This document shows, piece after piece, positions 49,088 to 59,473 of a stretch of DNA of 64,000 nucleotides. Under the pieces are notes generated by a model that was not told the DNA's origin, made no database searches, and saw only the letters and a list, made by a program, of their open reading frames with translations. The DNA lies in contig CAKPAG010000006.1 of NCBI GenBank assembly GCA_934132895.1, positions 933 to 64,932 of the forward strand, given 5' to 3'. This stretch comes from an uncultured Clostridia bacterium (GTDB taxonomy: Bacteria > Bacillota > Clostridia > TANB77 > CAG-465). The translations under genes were made by a program, and so were the position numbers. The stretch's first letter is position 1. Every line of letters starts with the position of its first letter.

Positions 49088-50653
49088 TTATTTTCCATAT
49101 ACAACTTCCATTTTGCTTGGATTTACACTAGTCCCTATTGATATATTATTGGTTCCATTTATAATTGATATTTCTGGTATTTCTATTGTTTCTTCAGTTG
49201 GTGTATTTAGTACATAAAATAATTTTGGATTATTGTTTAAAAGCCATCCTCTAAATGCTACTTTATCGGCTGCAGCAACGATTTCGCTATTAATTCCAAT
49301 GAATATTCTTTGCAGTTCTGGTTTTAAAGTAATATGATTACTACCACTAAGATGATTAGTATTCATTTCAAAATGAGTACAAATTAAATCTGAATTATTT
49401 GTTTTTGAGTAAGTAAAATTATAATATATTGAATATCCATTAACTGACAACATTGAAGCATACTCATGAAAACTATTTCTTATATCAGATAAGTTTTCAA
49501 CCCCTACATTTCTTACTACTTTTTTATTTTTAAAATCTATATAATCTACTGCATCCCCAACTTTTCTTAAAGGCTCATTGAAATAAATATTGGTTGTTTG
49601 CCCTTTATATGGTTCGTAATCTGTTTCTTTGTTTCCTTCTTCAATTTGAAATGTATTAATATCTATATAATTTTTAAAGCAATAATTATGGCTTATTGTT
49701 CCTATTTCTTTTATAGTTTTATTAGCTTTAGATGTATATGATATATGTTTCCATTCAGTTTCATAATTTGGATTTGAAACTACAATATCGTCTCTAGAAC
49801 TGTCAGTATACCAAATATAAAGTAAACCTGATGTTTTATTCGGAGCTGAAGATGAGTTCATTGTCTGTTTATAATCAAAAGAAAAAGTATATTGGGTATT
49901 TTCCTTAAAATAAATATCTGAATATTTCATCTCAAAGTTATCAATAAAAGAGATACAATCTCTATCATCCAACTTTATTTCAGTATATCCAGAATCATTT
50001 GCAGTTCCAGCTGATTTCTTTAGTCCGCTATATACTTGTTTGGCTGTTCCAATATTTTTGCCAGTTACTGTTACAGGTATTTTATATTTTCCATAATTAG
50101 AGTCATTTGCGTCTGTTACTAATTCTCCTACACTTTGTATTTCTACTGGATTATCTGGCGTAGGTGTACCATTTTGTATACTATTTCCATATATTTTTAA
50201 ATTTCCCAGTTTCCCAGCAGTAGCATTATTTATCTGCATATTTTTACTATCACTTGATACGGCTTTATCATAGTTTGATTTTTCTCCTGTTAATGTCTCA
50301 CTAGCCCAATTATACTCTTGCATATTTGATTCATCTGTATATTCTAAACTTCCACCATTTATAGCTATTTTTCCTATATATTTATCTTTTATATCTGGTA
50401 AAATATCTTTTATATCTTCACCTAACTTATTCAAATCACTTGCTTTATATGTTCCCTGACTATCTACATATTGTTTTTGAATGTATAAATCTAATTCTTC
50501 CTTTAGCGTTGCTATATCATTTTGAAAAGCCGCCTTTTTAGCATTTTCTATTGGATTATTATTTGCAATAGATAGTATTACTGCTACTGCCAATATTATA
50601 ATTACTATTATTGTTATTACTAGTACTATAAGTGATATACCTCTTTTTTTCAT
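49088..50653 (-). CDS. mosaic pilin-like N-terminus surface protein, paralog 2 (521 aa)
   Basis: same N-terminal 200 aa as paralog 1; central module ...FKENTQYTFSFDYKQ...QIEEGNKETDYEPY shared with paralog 3; C-terminus IEIPEISIINGTNNISIGTSVNPSKMEVVYGK. Confidence 0.6.
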   Translation of the reverse strand: MKKRGISLIVLVITIIVIIILAVAVILSIANNNPIENAKKAAFQNDIATLKEELDLYIQKQYVDSQGTYKASDLNKLGEDIKDILPDIKDKYIGKIAINGGSLEYTDESNMQEYNWASETLTGEKSNYDKAVSSDSKNMQINNATAGKLGNLKIYGNSIQNGTPTPDNPVEIQSVGELVTDANDSNYGKYKIPVTVTGKNIGTAKQVYSGLKKSAGTANDSGYTEIKLDDRDCISFIDNFEMKYSDIYFKENTQYTFSFDYKQTMNSSSAPNKTSGLLYIWYTDSSRDDIVVSNPNYETEWKHISYTSKANKTIKEIGTISHNYCFKNYIDINTFQIEEGNKETDYEPYKGQTTNIYFNEPLRKVGDAVDYIDFKNKKVVRNVGVENLSDIRNSFHEYASMLSVNGYSIYYNFTYSKTNNSDLICTHFEMNTNHLSGSNHITLKPELQRIFIGINSEIVAAADKVAFRGWLLNNNPKLFYVLNTPTEETIEIPEISIINGTNNISIGTSVNPSKMEVVYGK

Positions 50654-50797
50654 AAATCATTCTCCTCTTTTTATTATTTGCTTTTTAGCAATAATTATTA
50701 TACAATAAATTTCGACACGTTGCAATAAGTTTACAATAAATTTACCATAATTTTTAATACAAAAAGATGGCTAAATTAGCCATCTCTTCCATTACTT
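50654..50797. repeat. repeated intergenic unit, copy 2
   Basis: see copy 1. Confidence 0.7.
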
Positions 50798-52771
50798 TTA
50801 TTTTCCATATATAACTTCCATTTTACTTGGATTTACACTAGTGCCAATTGATATATTATTGGTTCCATTTATAGTTGATATTTCTGGTATATTTATGCTT
50901 TCTTGTTTTTTATTTATTAATACATAGTCTACTACTATATTATGAGACTTTACCCAAGCTTTAAAATCATTTGCACTATCTGCAGTTAATCTATTTTTAG
51001 CAATACTTACATAAATATAATTCTTTTCTAAAGAATAAATTGCTTCATTACTAGCATTAATCGTACTCGAAACATTAGAAGAAAAAGTATTTGATATAGC
51101 AGATCCAAACTGTATACCACTTAGTGAACAAGCATAAGTATGATAATTATCACCATTTTTATAATTCCACCAATTTTCATTTCCTTTTAATGTAGTTTCA
51201 CCTATACTTCTTACGACTTTTTTATTTTTTAAATCTATATAATCTGCATATTCTCCTATTTTTCTTAAAGGTTCATCTAAATATATATATATAGTTTTTT
51301 CTTTATATGGTTCATACCCTGTTTCTTTGTTTCCCTCTTCAATCTGAAATGTATTGATATCTATATAATTCATAAAGTGATAATTATAACTTATTGTTCC
51401 TATTGACTTTATAGTTTTATTAGCTTTAGACGTATAAGAAATATGCTTCCATTTCACATCCTCATTTGAGTTTGAAACTTTAATGCTTTCATTTGAATCA
51501 TCAGTATAATAAATACAAAGTAAAACTGCATTTTTGTTGTTTGCTTCGGATGAGTTTACTAATTGTTTATAGTCAAAGGAGAACGTATATTGAGTATTTT
51601 CTTTAAAGTTAATACCTGTATATTGGGTACCTCTATTATCTATAAAGCCAACACACTCTCTACCATCAAGTGTTGTTTCTGTATACCTTGATTCTGTTGC
51701 CAATCCACTATAAACTTGTTTAGCTGTTCCTAAATTTTTACCTACTGCTGTTAATGTTATAGGTATTGCATATTTCCCATATGCTACGTATTCTGTTGCA
51801 ATGTTTCCCTCTTCTAATTGAATGGAATTTTCATCAAAATAACATCCTTGGCTATATGAATATGTTGTTTCAATATGGCTAATTGTTTTACCTAAATTAG
51901 ATTTCAAGGTATACGAGTTCCATGTGGAATCATTTTTAACATAAATCGTACTTCCTGTACCATCTGTATAAACAAATTTAAAACCTGTAGAAACACCTGT
52001 CCCTACTATTCCTTTTGCTCTAAAACTAAGAATATACTGAGTTTGGGGTTTAAATTGTCCAGACATATATGGTTTTCCATTACTGCCACCCCTTGGACTA
52101 TAATATATACAGCTAGTACCATCAACTTCTGTCTTTTCTACATATTTGGTTGAAAAACTTCTTAAAAATTCATACCATTTATTTACATCAAATTTATTTT
52201 TTATATCTCCAACACTTTCTATCTCTACTGGATTATCTGTACTAGGCGTTCCATTTTGTACACTATTTCCATATATTTTTAGATTTTCTAGTTTATCTTC
52301 AAATTCAGTATCAATTTGTGCAGTACCATTATCAGATTCTGCTTTATCATAATCTGCTGTTATTCCATCAAAAACTTCCACAGCCCACGAGTATTCTTTC
52401 ATATTTGAATAGTCATAATAATTTAATCTGCCACCTATTATTTTTATTTTATTTAAATACTTATCATTTATACTAGGTAAAACTAACTTAATATTTTGAT
52501 CTGTTTGTTCGATTCCATCCTCAACTAAAATATTTTCATCTGCATACAATTCTTCTACTTCATATACTCCTTGATTTTCCGCCATTTTTCTATGTATGTA
52601 TGTATTTAAGTCTTCTTTTAAAGCAGACATATCAGTTTCAAAAGCAACCTTTTTAGCATTTTCTATTGGATTATTATTTGTAAGTGTTAATATTATTGCT
52701 GCAGAAAGTACTATTGTTACTGCTATTGTTATCACAAGTACTATAAGTGATATTCCTTTTTTTTCTCTCAT
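50798..52771 (-). CDS. mosaic pilin-like N-terminus surface protein, paralog 3 (657 aa, two central modules)
   Basis: MREKKG/ISLIVLVITIAV...; more divergent N-region but conserved LENLKIYGNSVQNGTPSTDNPVEIESVG block; two beta-rich modules; C-terminus INIPEISTINGTNNISIGTSVNPSKMEVIYGK. Confidence 0.6.
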   Translation of the reverse strand: MREKKGISLIVLVITIAVTIVLSAAIILTLTNNNPIENAKKVAFETDMSALKEDLNTYIHRKMAENQGVYEVEELYADENILVEDGIEQTDQNIKLVLPSINDKYLNKIKIIGGRLNYYDYSNMKEYSWAVEVFDGITADYDKAESDNGTAQIDTEFEDKLENLKIYGNSVQNGTPSTDNPVEIESVGDIKNKFDVNKWYEFLRSFSTKYVEKTEVDGTSCIYYSPRGGSNGKPYMSGQFKPQTQYILSFRAKGIVGTGVSTGFKFVYTDGTGSTIYVKNDSTWNSYTLKSNLGKTISHIETTYSYSQGCYFDENSIQLEEGNIATEYVAYGKYAIPITLTAVGKNLGTAKQVYSGLATESRYTETTLDGRECVGFIDNRGTQYTGINFKENTQYTFSFDYKQLVNSSEANNKNAVLLCIYYTDDSNESIKVSNSNEDVKWKHISYTSKANKTIKSIGTISYNYHFMNYIDINTFQIEEGNKETGYEPYKEKTIYIYLDEPLRKIGEYADYIDLKNKKVVRSIGETTLKGNENWWNYKNGDNYHTYACSLSGIQFGSAISNTFSSNVSSTINASNEAIYSLEKNYIYVSIAKNRLTADSANDFKAWVKSHNIVVDYVLINKKQESINIPEISTINGTNNISIGTSVNPSKMEVIYGK

Positions 52772-53001
52772 ATTCTTCCCTCTCTATATTCCTATATATT
52801 TTAATAACACTATTATATAATAAATCTTTTATTATATCAATAAATTTAGAATAATATTTTCAAACAATCTTTTACTAGAAAAATAATGTCAAAATTTATA
52901 CATTATTAGCGATTTAATTGAATATATTATACTAATGTTATATATTCCTTACTACAGGGATTTTTAACCAATATATTAATATATAAAGGGGATGAAAAAA
53001 T

Positions 53002-53400
53002 TTGAAAGGAGTAAATATTAATCTAATACCTAAGTACATTTTAAAAGAATTAGCCGTCTTAGAAGAAGTATCTATGTTTATCTTACCAAATGGATACATT
53101 ATAAACGGAAAATATTTAAATGACTGGGAAAGTACATTAAAAGATAAATTATATAAAATATATGAAAGACATGGAGTATATGTAAACATTGAAATAACTA
53201 CTTTTAGTTTAGCTAGTAAAAAAATAGAGCAAAAAAATTTAGTTATAGATGTTAAGCACCTTACCAAACTTTTAATGAGCTACTTAGTAAAAAATATATC
53301 TGTCTCTATTATAATTAATAATTATCATAACAGATATGGTTATTTGATAATTCCTGGTGAACAATTCAAAAGAGATAAGGTGAATATTTATAATATGTAA
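53002..53400 (+). CDS. small hypothetical protein (132 aa), paralog of next gene
   Basis: shares LIPxxxLKxxxxxxxFxLPNGYxxxxxxxxxWEStLKDkLxxIYExxG...TxxxL pattern with 53522-53890. Confidence 0.4.
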   Translation: MKGVNINLIPKYILKELAVLEEVSMFILPNGYIINGKYLNDWESTLKDKLYKIYERHGVYVNIEITTFSLASKKIEQKNLVIDVKHLTKLLMSYLVKNISVSIIINNYHNRYGYLIIPGEQFKRDKVNIYNM

Positions 53401-53521
53401 TATAATATAATAAAAACTAGAGTAAAAGTTGACATATTATGCAAAATGTGTTATATTATGTATACTAGTGAATTTATATATTATATATAAATAAATATAA
53501 TTTTTTAAAGGAGGGCTAACT

Positions 53522-53890
53522 ATGCCAAACTATTTAATTCCTGAAGAACTTTCAAAAATTTCAACTAATATGAAGTTTTTGCACACTTCTTCAAATGATC
53601 CCAAAGTTATCTTTTTAGCGCCCAGCAGTGAAAAATTCTTCCTGAACTTTCCTAAAGCTTGGGAAACACCACTAAAAGATAATTTAAGCTCTATATACGA
53701 AGATGGAGCTAACAGATATTCTTTTACTATTTCAACTTATGACGGAGAAAAAATATCTTCCTATTCCTTAAACATGTTAGGTCTAGAGTTTAAAGATTAC
53801 TTAGCAGGAATTTTAAAATTCTCTAAAACTATCTCTTTATCTGTAGCATGTGGAACCAAAGCTGCAAATTATATAATTTGCAAAGCTTAG
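53522..53890 (+). CDS. small hypothetical protein (122 aa), paralog of previous gene
   Basis: AAAGGAGGG RBS; weak but consistent similarity to 53002-53400. Confidence 0.4.
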   Translation: MPNYLIPEELSKISTNMKFLHTSSNDPKVIFLAPSSEKFFLNFPKAWETPLKDNLSSIYEDGANRYSFTISTYDGEKISSYSLNMLGLEFKDYLAGILKFSKTISLSVACGTKAANYIICKA

Positions 53891-53932
53891 AAAAACAACC
53901 GCTAGTTTTTAATTTTAACTAGCGGTTATCTT

Positions 53933-55318
53933 TTAGCTCTCACTATTCATAAAATCTTTAAGTCTTTTACTTCTACTTGGATGCCTTAATTTTCTTAACG
54001 CCTTTGCTTCAATTTGTCTAATTCTCTCACGAGTAACCATAAATTCTTTTCCAACTTCTTCTAATGTTCTCATTCTTCCATCTTGAAGTCCAAATCTCAA
54101 TTTCAAAACTTTTGCTTCTCTTGGAGTTAATGTTTGCATTACTTCTTCTATGTGTTCTCTTAAAAGTACATCTGCAGCTTGTTCAGATGGTGATGGTGCA
54201 TCGTCATCCGGTATAAAGTTTCCAAGATTACTTTCATCTTCTTCACCAACAGGAGTTTCTAAAGATATTGGCTCTTGTGCAACTTTTAGAACTTCCCTTA
54301 CTTTTTCAACTGGCATTTCAAGTTCTGCTGCAATTTCTTCTGGAGTTGGTTCTCTACCTAGAGTTTGAAGTAAATGTCTTGATGTTCTTATTAATTTATT
54401 AATTGTTTCAACCATATGAACTGGTATTCTAATTGTTCTTGCTTGGTCTGCAATAGCTCTTGTAATTGCTTGTCTTATCCACCATGTAGCATATGTACTA
54501 AATTTATATCCCTTAGACTGGTCAAATTTATCTACAGCTTTAATAAGTCCTAAATTACCTTCTTGAATAAGATCAAGAAAATGCATTCCACGGCCAATAT
54601 ATTTTTTAGCTATACTTACAACAAGTCTTAAGTTCGATTCTATAAGTTGTTTTTTAGCTTCTGCGTCACCATTTACCATTCTTTCAGCAAGTTCATTTTC
54701 TTGTTCATATGTTAAAAGAGGAATTTTTCCTATTTCTTTTAAAAACATCTTAACAGGGTCGTCAACATTTATTGTGTCAACAAAGTCCATATTTTTAACA
54801 TCATTTTCAAGTAAAATATCTTTTTCTATTTCTGTTATATCTTCAAGATTAGGTTCTATATCAAGTTCTGCCATGCTTGCCACATCTTCGTTTGGTAATT
54901 TATCAACATCTACGTCTTCATTATCTAAATCACCATTTTCTACTTCTTGAGGAAATTTAGCAAGTAAATCCACATTTTGTTTTTTATTTTTTTCTTTTTC
55001 TTCATCAAGTATTATATTCAAATTTACCTTAGCTAGTTCATCATATATTTTAGAAGTTTGTTCTGGTGTAAAATTTTCATCATCAATAAACTTTACCATT
55101 TCTTTATATGTAACACTATTTTTTTCTAAAGCTTTTTTAACGAATTCTTTTACCTTTTCTTTTTGCTCTTTTGTAAATTTACTTTTTGCTTCTGTACTTT
55201 TTACAACTTTTTTTGTTACTTTAATGTCCTTTTCTTGAACATCTTTTTTAGCTTTTTTTTCTTTTTTATCCTCACTAGCTTTAACTACTTCTTTTTTATC
55301 CTTTTTTTCCTTTTCCAT
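53933..55318 (-). CDS. rpoD: RNA polymerase sigma-70 factor RpoD/SigA
   Basis: Lys/Glu-rich N-terminus; region 2 motifs ...[29 protein letters not shown]; region 4 [32 protein letters not shown]. Confidence 0.95.
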   Translation of the reverse strand: MEKEKKDKKEVVKASEDKKEKKAKKDVQEKDIKVTKKVVKSTEAKSKFTKEQKEKVKEFVKKALEKNSVTYKEMVKFIDDENFTPEQTSKIYDELAKVNLNIILDEEKEKNKKQNVDLLAKFPQEVENGDLDNEDVDVDKLPNEDVASMAELDIEPNLEDITEIEKDILLENDVKNMDFVDTINVDDPVKMFLKEIGKIPLLTYEQENELAERMVNGDAEAKKQLIESNLRLVVSIAKKYIGRGMHFLDLIQEGNLGLIKAVDKFDQSKGYKFSTYATWWIRQAITRAIADQARTIRIPVHMVETINKLIRTSRHLLQTLGREPTPEEIAAELEMPVEKVREVLKVAQEPISLETPVGEEDESNLGNFIPDDDAPSPSEQAADVLLREHIEEVMQTLTPREAKVLKLRFGLQDGRMRTLEEVGKEFMVTRERIRQIEAKALRKLRHPSRSKRLKDFMNSES

Positions 55319-55354
55319 TTAAAATCTCCTTTAATATTTACAATTTTAAAATTA

Positions 55355-57166
55355 TTATTTTTTTAATTTAGATATCTCTAAAATAATTTGGTTAAGTTCA
55401 AGTTGCAAAATTTCTCGTTCATCTTTTGAAATATCTTGATCTAATCTTTTAAAGATTTCATCTCTTCTTAAATATAGTTTTTCCTTTTGCTTTACTTTTA
55501 ATACATCACTTAACAGTTTTTCTTTATCTGCTCCAGAAATATCCAAATACATTATATCTGTAATTTCTTTCATAAGCTCATTATCTTTTACTTTAGTTAA
55601 AATATCTACTTTATTTATATCATACTCTTTAGATAAGTTCAACAAAAACTCATATACCTTTTTTACATTTTCATCATGAATATCATCAATTGTTATTTGT
55701 TCTATAATATCTTTTTGAATTTTTTTATCTTTACTAAGTAGCAAGGCCATAATATATTGCTCTTGTCTTTTTTTTATATCAGTTACCATTTGCATTTTTC
55801 TATTTATGCTTTGTACATCTATTACTACTTGATTTCCTTCTACTTTTTTTATTCTTTTTTCAACTTCCTGTAAAATAGGTCCTGTTCCCATATTATATTT
55901 TTTAGCAATCTTATCTATATACACTTCTCTTTCAATTGTATTGTCAATTCTTGCTAAAATATTAGCAGCTTGAGTTAAGAAATTTATTTTTGAATCTATA
56001 TCATTTTCATTTAAGTCTTTTTCTAATTTTGAAATCTTAAATTCTACAAGTGAAATACTATTATCTATACAATTTTTAAATCTTTCTTTTCCATATTTAT
56101 TTATATATTCATCCGGATCTTTTACATCTTGTCTGTCTAGTATTAAAACTTTTACTTTAAGTCCTTTAGAAACTAATATATCTAGCCCTCTTAAAGTTGC
56201 CGCTTGTCCAGCACCATCTTGATCATACCCTATAATTACATTATCTGTATATTTTTTTATAAGGCGAGCTTGATTTTCTGTAAGAGCTGTACCTAATGAT
56301 GCAACTGCATTTGTAAATCCAGATTTTTGAAGAGCTATTGCATCCATATAACCTTCAACGATTATAATATTATCTAGTTTTTCTCTTTTGGCAAAATTTA
56401 AAGCATACAAATTTTTTCCTTTAAAATATATATCGTTTTCAGGTGAATTTACATACTTTGGTAAAGAATTATCTAAAACTCTTCCTCCAAATGCAATTAT
56501 TCTATCTCTTACATCAAATATAGGGAACATCAATCTGTTAAAGAATCTATCATATATTTTTCCACGTTCATTTTTTAATATTATTCCTGTTTTAAATATT
56601 TCTTCATCCTTAAATCCTAAACTTTTCAAATGTTCATAAAGTGGTACTCTTCCTGTTGCATAGCCTATACCAAATTTCTTTAAAGTATTTATATCAAATT
56701 GTCTTTTTTTAACATAATCTTTTACTCTACTTGATTTAGAGTTTAATTCTTCTACTAAATTATTATGATAATATATACCTACTTCTTTATTTATTTTAAA
56801 CAGTGTTTCTTTTAAGTCTTTTCTATTTTCGTTAATTTTATTTGCACCTTTATATGATGATTTTACCTCATATCTTTCAAGGTCAATATGTGCTCTTTCT
56901 GCTAAATATTCTACACTATCCCAAAAGTCAAGGTTTTCAATTTTCATAATAAATGATATAACATTTCCACCCTCACTACATCCAAAGCATTTGAATATTT
57001 GCTTATCCATAGACACACAAAAAGAAGGTGTCTTTTCTCTATGAAAAGGGCAAAGTCCCATGAAGTTTCTGCCACTTTTTCTAAGAGCAACATATTCAGA
57101 TATAACATCTACGATATCATTTTGTGATATTACTTCTTCGATTAAATCTTCTGAATAATATGCCAA
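55355..57166 (-). CDS. dnaG: DNA primase DnaG
   Basis: zinc finger CPFHREKTPSFCVSMDKQIFKCFGC; Toprim EGYMDAIAL...DQDGAGQ. Confidence 0.95.
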   Translation of the reverse strand: MAYYSEDLIEEVISQNDIVDVISEYVALRKSGRNFMGLCPFHREKTPSFCVSMDKQIFKCFGCSEGGNVISFIMKIENLDFWDSVEYLAERAHIDLERYEVKSSYKGANKINENRKDLKETLFKINKEVGIYYHNNLVEELNSKSSRVKDYVKKRQFDINTLKKFGIGYATGRVPLYEHLKSLGFKDEEIFKTGIILKNERGKIYDRFFNRLMFPIFDVRDRIIAFGGRVLDNSLPKYVNSPENDIYFKGKNLYALNFAKREKLDNIIIVEGYMDAIALQKSGFTNAVASLGTALTENQARLIKKYTDNVIIGYDQDGAGQAATLRGLDILVSKGLKVKVLILDRQDVKDPDEYINKYGKERFKNCIDNSISLVEFKISKLEKDLNENDIDSKINFLTQAANILARIDNTIEREVYIDKIAKKYNMGTGPILQEVEKRIKKVEGNQVVIDVQSINRKMQMVTDIKKRQEQYIMALLLSKDKKIQKDIIEQITIDDIHDENVKKVYEFLLNLSKEYDINKVDILTKVKDNELMKEITDIMYLDISGADKEKLLSDVLKVKQKEKLYLRRDEIFKRLDQDISKDEREILQLELNQIILEISKLKK

Positions 57167-57233
57167 TTTAAATCCACCTTCCTTATATTTATTTTTATAT
57201 TTTACATTTTAATATAGTAATTCTTACTTAAAC

Positions 57234-58496
57234 TTATGCAACTAACATTTTTATTCTTTCTTCTCTATTTAAATATATATTTGAAGTATTAACAATAGCT
57301 ACTAAAATACTAAGCACAGTAAATACTGGTGAAAAATAATATATATTTAAATCAAATACTGAAACCATAACAAAAAGTACCATTAAAATTAATTTCATAA
57401 GTGTTGATTTAGTATCATATCTTCTATGCAAGAAAAATGCTAACGCTTCCATAAATAGTATGTATACATACACACATAAATAAAATCTTGGAGCTGATAA
57501 TAAATATACATTTGCTTTATTTATTAAACTTCTTGCAATATTTTTGATATTAAAATCTTTAGAGAATACTTCTGAAATTTTTACATCTTCAATTTGAGAT
57601 ATAACGAAATTCAAATGTACATTATTTGAAAGTTTATCAAGTATTATTCTTCCCATAAAATTAATTATTAATATCAAAACAATAGAAAGTAAAATTACTA
57701 CTATTAGTTTGTTTATATTTATTCTTTCAATTTTATATAAGCTTTCACGTTTACTTTGAGTAAGTGAAGCCATAAATTTTTTAGGAAAATTAATATGTGT
57801 ATTATCTAAATTATATGTTATAAATATTGTAAGTAAAATTATAACTATCCAAGCAACTACACTTATTCCAAGTAGTGTAGTAATACCTGCAAGTACTCCA
57901 AAAACTACAGTTTCAATTATATACTTATTTGTTTTTACTCCTTTTTGTTTTAATTCATCTATTAAAATTTGAAGTATAAGTATTGAACTTAAGAAAAACA
58001 TATTGAAAATCATAGCTGACACATATATTTCAGTATTTGCATTAACGTTTGGAAACATTGTATAAATAAACATTCCAAATACAGATAATATGTCACTCTT
58101 TGATACATTGAATATTATTTTTTTAATAATAAAAGCAGTTATAATTGAAACAGATATATGAAAAATCATTTTACTATCTGAAAAACTTGGCATTGCACTT
58201 TTAATTGAAAACAGACTAGTGCCAAGTAATACTAAAATTATATAAATATATCTATATATAAAAGACAATTTTCTTTTTACGTGCTTTTTATATAACTTAT
58301 CTTTTATATACATATATATAAAAGTAAATAAAATGACCGCAAAAACAAATCCAACCTTTAAAAGGAGAGATGTTGAAGTAGTACCAACATCTCTACCTCC
58401 ATTAAACAAGTTAGATATATTTAAGAAACTTAAAAATATAATAAATATTACAAATATTACTACAATTATACTACGTGAAATTCTACTTATATTCAT
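57234..58496 (-). CDS. polytopic integral membrane protein
   Basis: 420 aa, >=10 predicted TM helices, no catalytic motif recognised. Confidence 0.4.
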   Translation of the reverse strand: MNISRISRSIIVVIFVIFIIFLSFLNISNLFNGGRDVGTTSTSLLLKVGFVFAVILFTFIYMYIKDKLYKKHVKRKLSFIYRYIYIILVLLGTSLFSIKSAMPSFSDSKMIFHISVSIITAFIIKKIIFNVSKSDILSVFGMFIYTMFPNVNANTEIYVSAMIFNMFFLSSILILQILIDELKQKGVKTNKYIIETVVFGVLAGITTLLGISVVAWIVIILLTIFITYNLDNTHINFPKKFMASLTQSKRESLYKIERININKLIVVILLSIVLILIINFMGRIILDKLSNNVHLNFVISQIEDVKISEVFSKDFNIKNIARSLINKANVYLLSAPRFYLCVYVYILFMEALAFFLHRRYDTKSTLMKLILMVLFVMVSVFDLNIYYFSPVFTVLSILVAIVNTSNIYLNREERIKMLVA

Positions 58497-58539
58497 ATTT
58501 TTCCCTACTTTTTATATGCTTGCTACATATATCAACCAA

Positions 58540-59274
58540 TTATTTACTATATAACTCATTAACTAAAGCTAATGCATCATGTGTTCCAACATCATAACAT
58601 TCACCTTCAAATGCATATGCATATGTTGGCATTTTTTTATACATATATGCTACTAGATTTCCTGGTGCATCACATGAATTACCTTCTTCAAGATATTTTT
58701 TTATTTCAGGTAACACTTCTCTAGGATAAATATATTCAGCATAAACAGCATATTTACTTTTTGGTTCAGCAGGCTTTTCTTCAAAGTCTGTTATTCTCAT
58801 ATCTTCATCAAGTTTAGCAACGCCAACTCTTTTTAAAAGATTGATATCGCTTTCTTCTCTTACACAAACAGATGGTGCATTTTTTGTTTTATAAAAATTA
58901 AAGAAGTCTATTAATTTAAAATCAAATAAATTATCTGTTGCAAGTACTAAAATATCATCATCTATTTTAGCATTTTCAATTGTAAATTCAATATCACCAA
59001 TAGCTCCTAATCTATCATCATTATTTGTAGTTCCATCATTAAACACTGTTATATGTTTAACATTTCCCTTTTCTTTTGCCCATTTTTCAAAATGTGGTGT
59101 ATATTTTGCATTAGTAACTAAATATATTTCATCTATTTCATCTATCTCATTTACTTTATCTAAAGTATAGTCAAGAATAGCTCTTCCTCCAACTTCAAGT
59201 AAAGCTTTTGGAAAATTTTCAGTGAGTGGAAATAATCTAGTTGCATATCCAGCACATAATAAAATACATTTCAT
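58540..59274 (-). CDS. sugar-phosphate nucleotidyltransferase (NTP_transferase family)
   Basis: MKCILLCAGYATRLFPLTENFPKALLEVGG N-terminal NTP-transferase signature. Confidence 0.7.
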   Translation of the reverse strand: MKCILLCAGYATRLFPLTENFPKALLEVGGRAILDYTLDKVNEIDEIDEIYLVTNAKYTPHFEKWAKEKGNVKHITVFNDGTTNNDDRLGAIGDIEFTIENAKIDDDILVLATDNLFDFKLIDFFNFYKTKNAPSVCVREESDINLLKRVGVAKLDEDMRITDFEEKPAEPKSKYAVYAEYIYPREVLPEIKKYLEEGNSCDAPGNLVAYMYKKMPTYAYAFEGECYDVGTHDALALVNELYSK

Positions 59275-59420
59275 ATAATTCTCTCCTTTTTAAAAATATA
59301 ATATCTACTAATATATAATATATAGATATGTAGACATTATAACACATAAAGCTACAAATTTCAATACCTATTTTTGGTATAGGAATCTGTAATTTATAGT
59401 TAAATATATAATTAGAAAAA

Positions 59421-59455
59421 CCCGTTACGTTATATATCAGTAGCGGGCTTTTACA
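59421..59455 (-). terminator. Rho-independent terminator
   Basis: GCCCGCTACTGATATATAACGTAACGGG hairpin followed by TTTTTCT on minus strand, after stop at 59474. Confidence 0.5.
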
Positions 59456-59473
59456 CTTTATTATTTAGCAATA

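Noticed and set aside
47414-52771. Diversity-generating retroelement explanation for the variable pilin-like paralogs
   Set aside because: No reverse transcriptase gene in the neighbourhood and differences between copies are not adenine-specific; variation is modular (domain swaps), not VR/TR-like.
52938-53267. 109-aa minus-strand ORF overlapping the start of the 53002-53400 gene
   Set aside because: Overlaps a better-supported plus-strand gene and its promoter region; hydrophobic junk translation.
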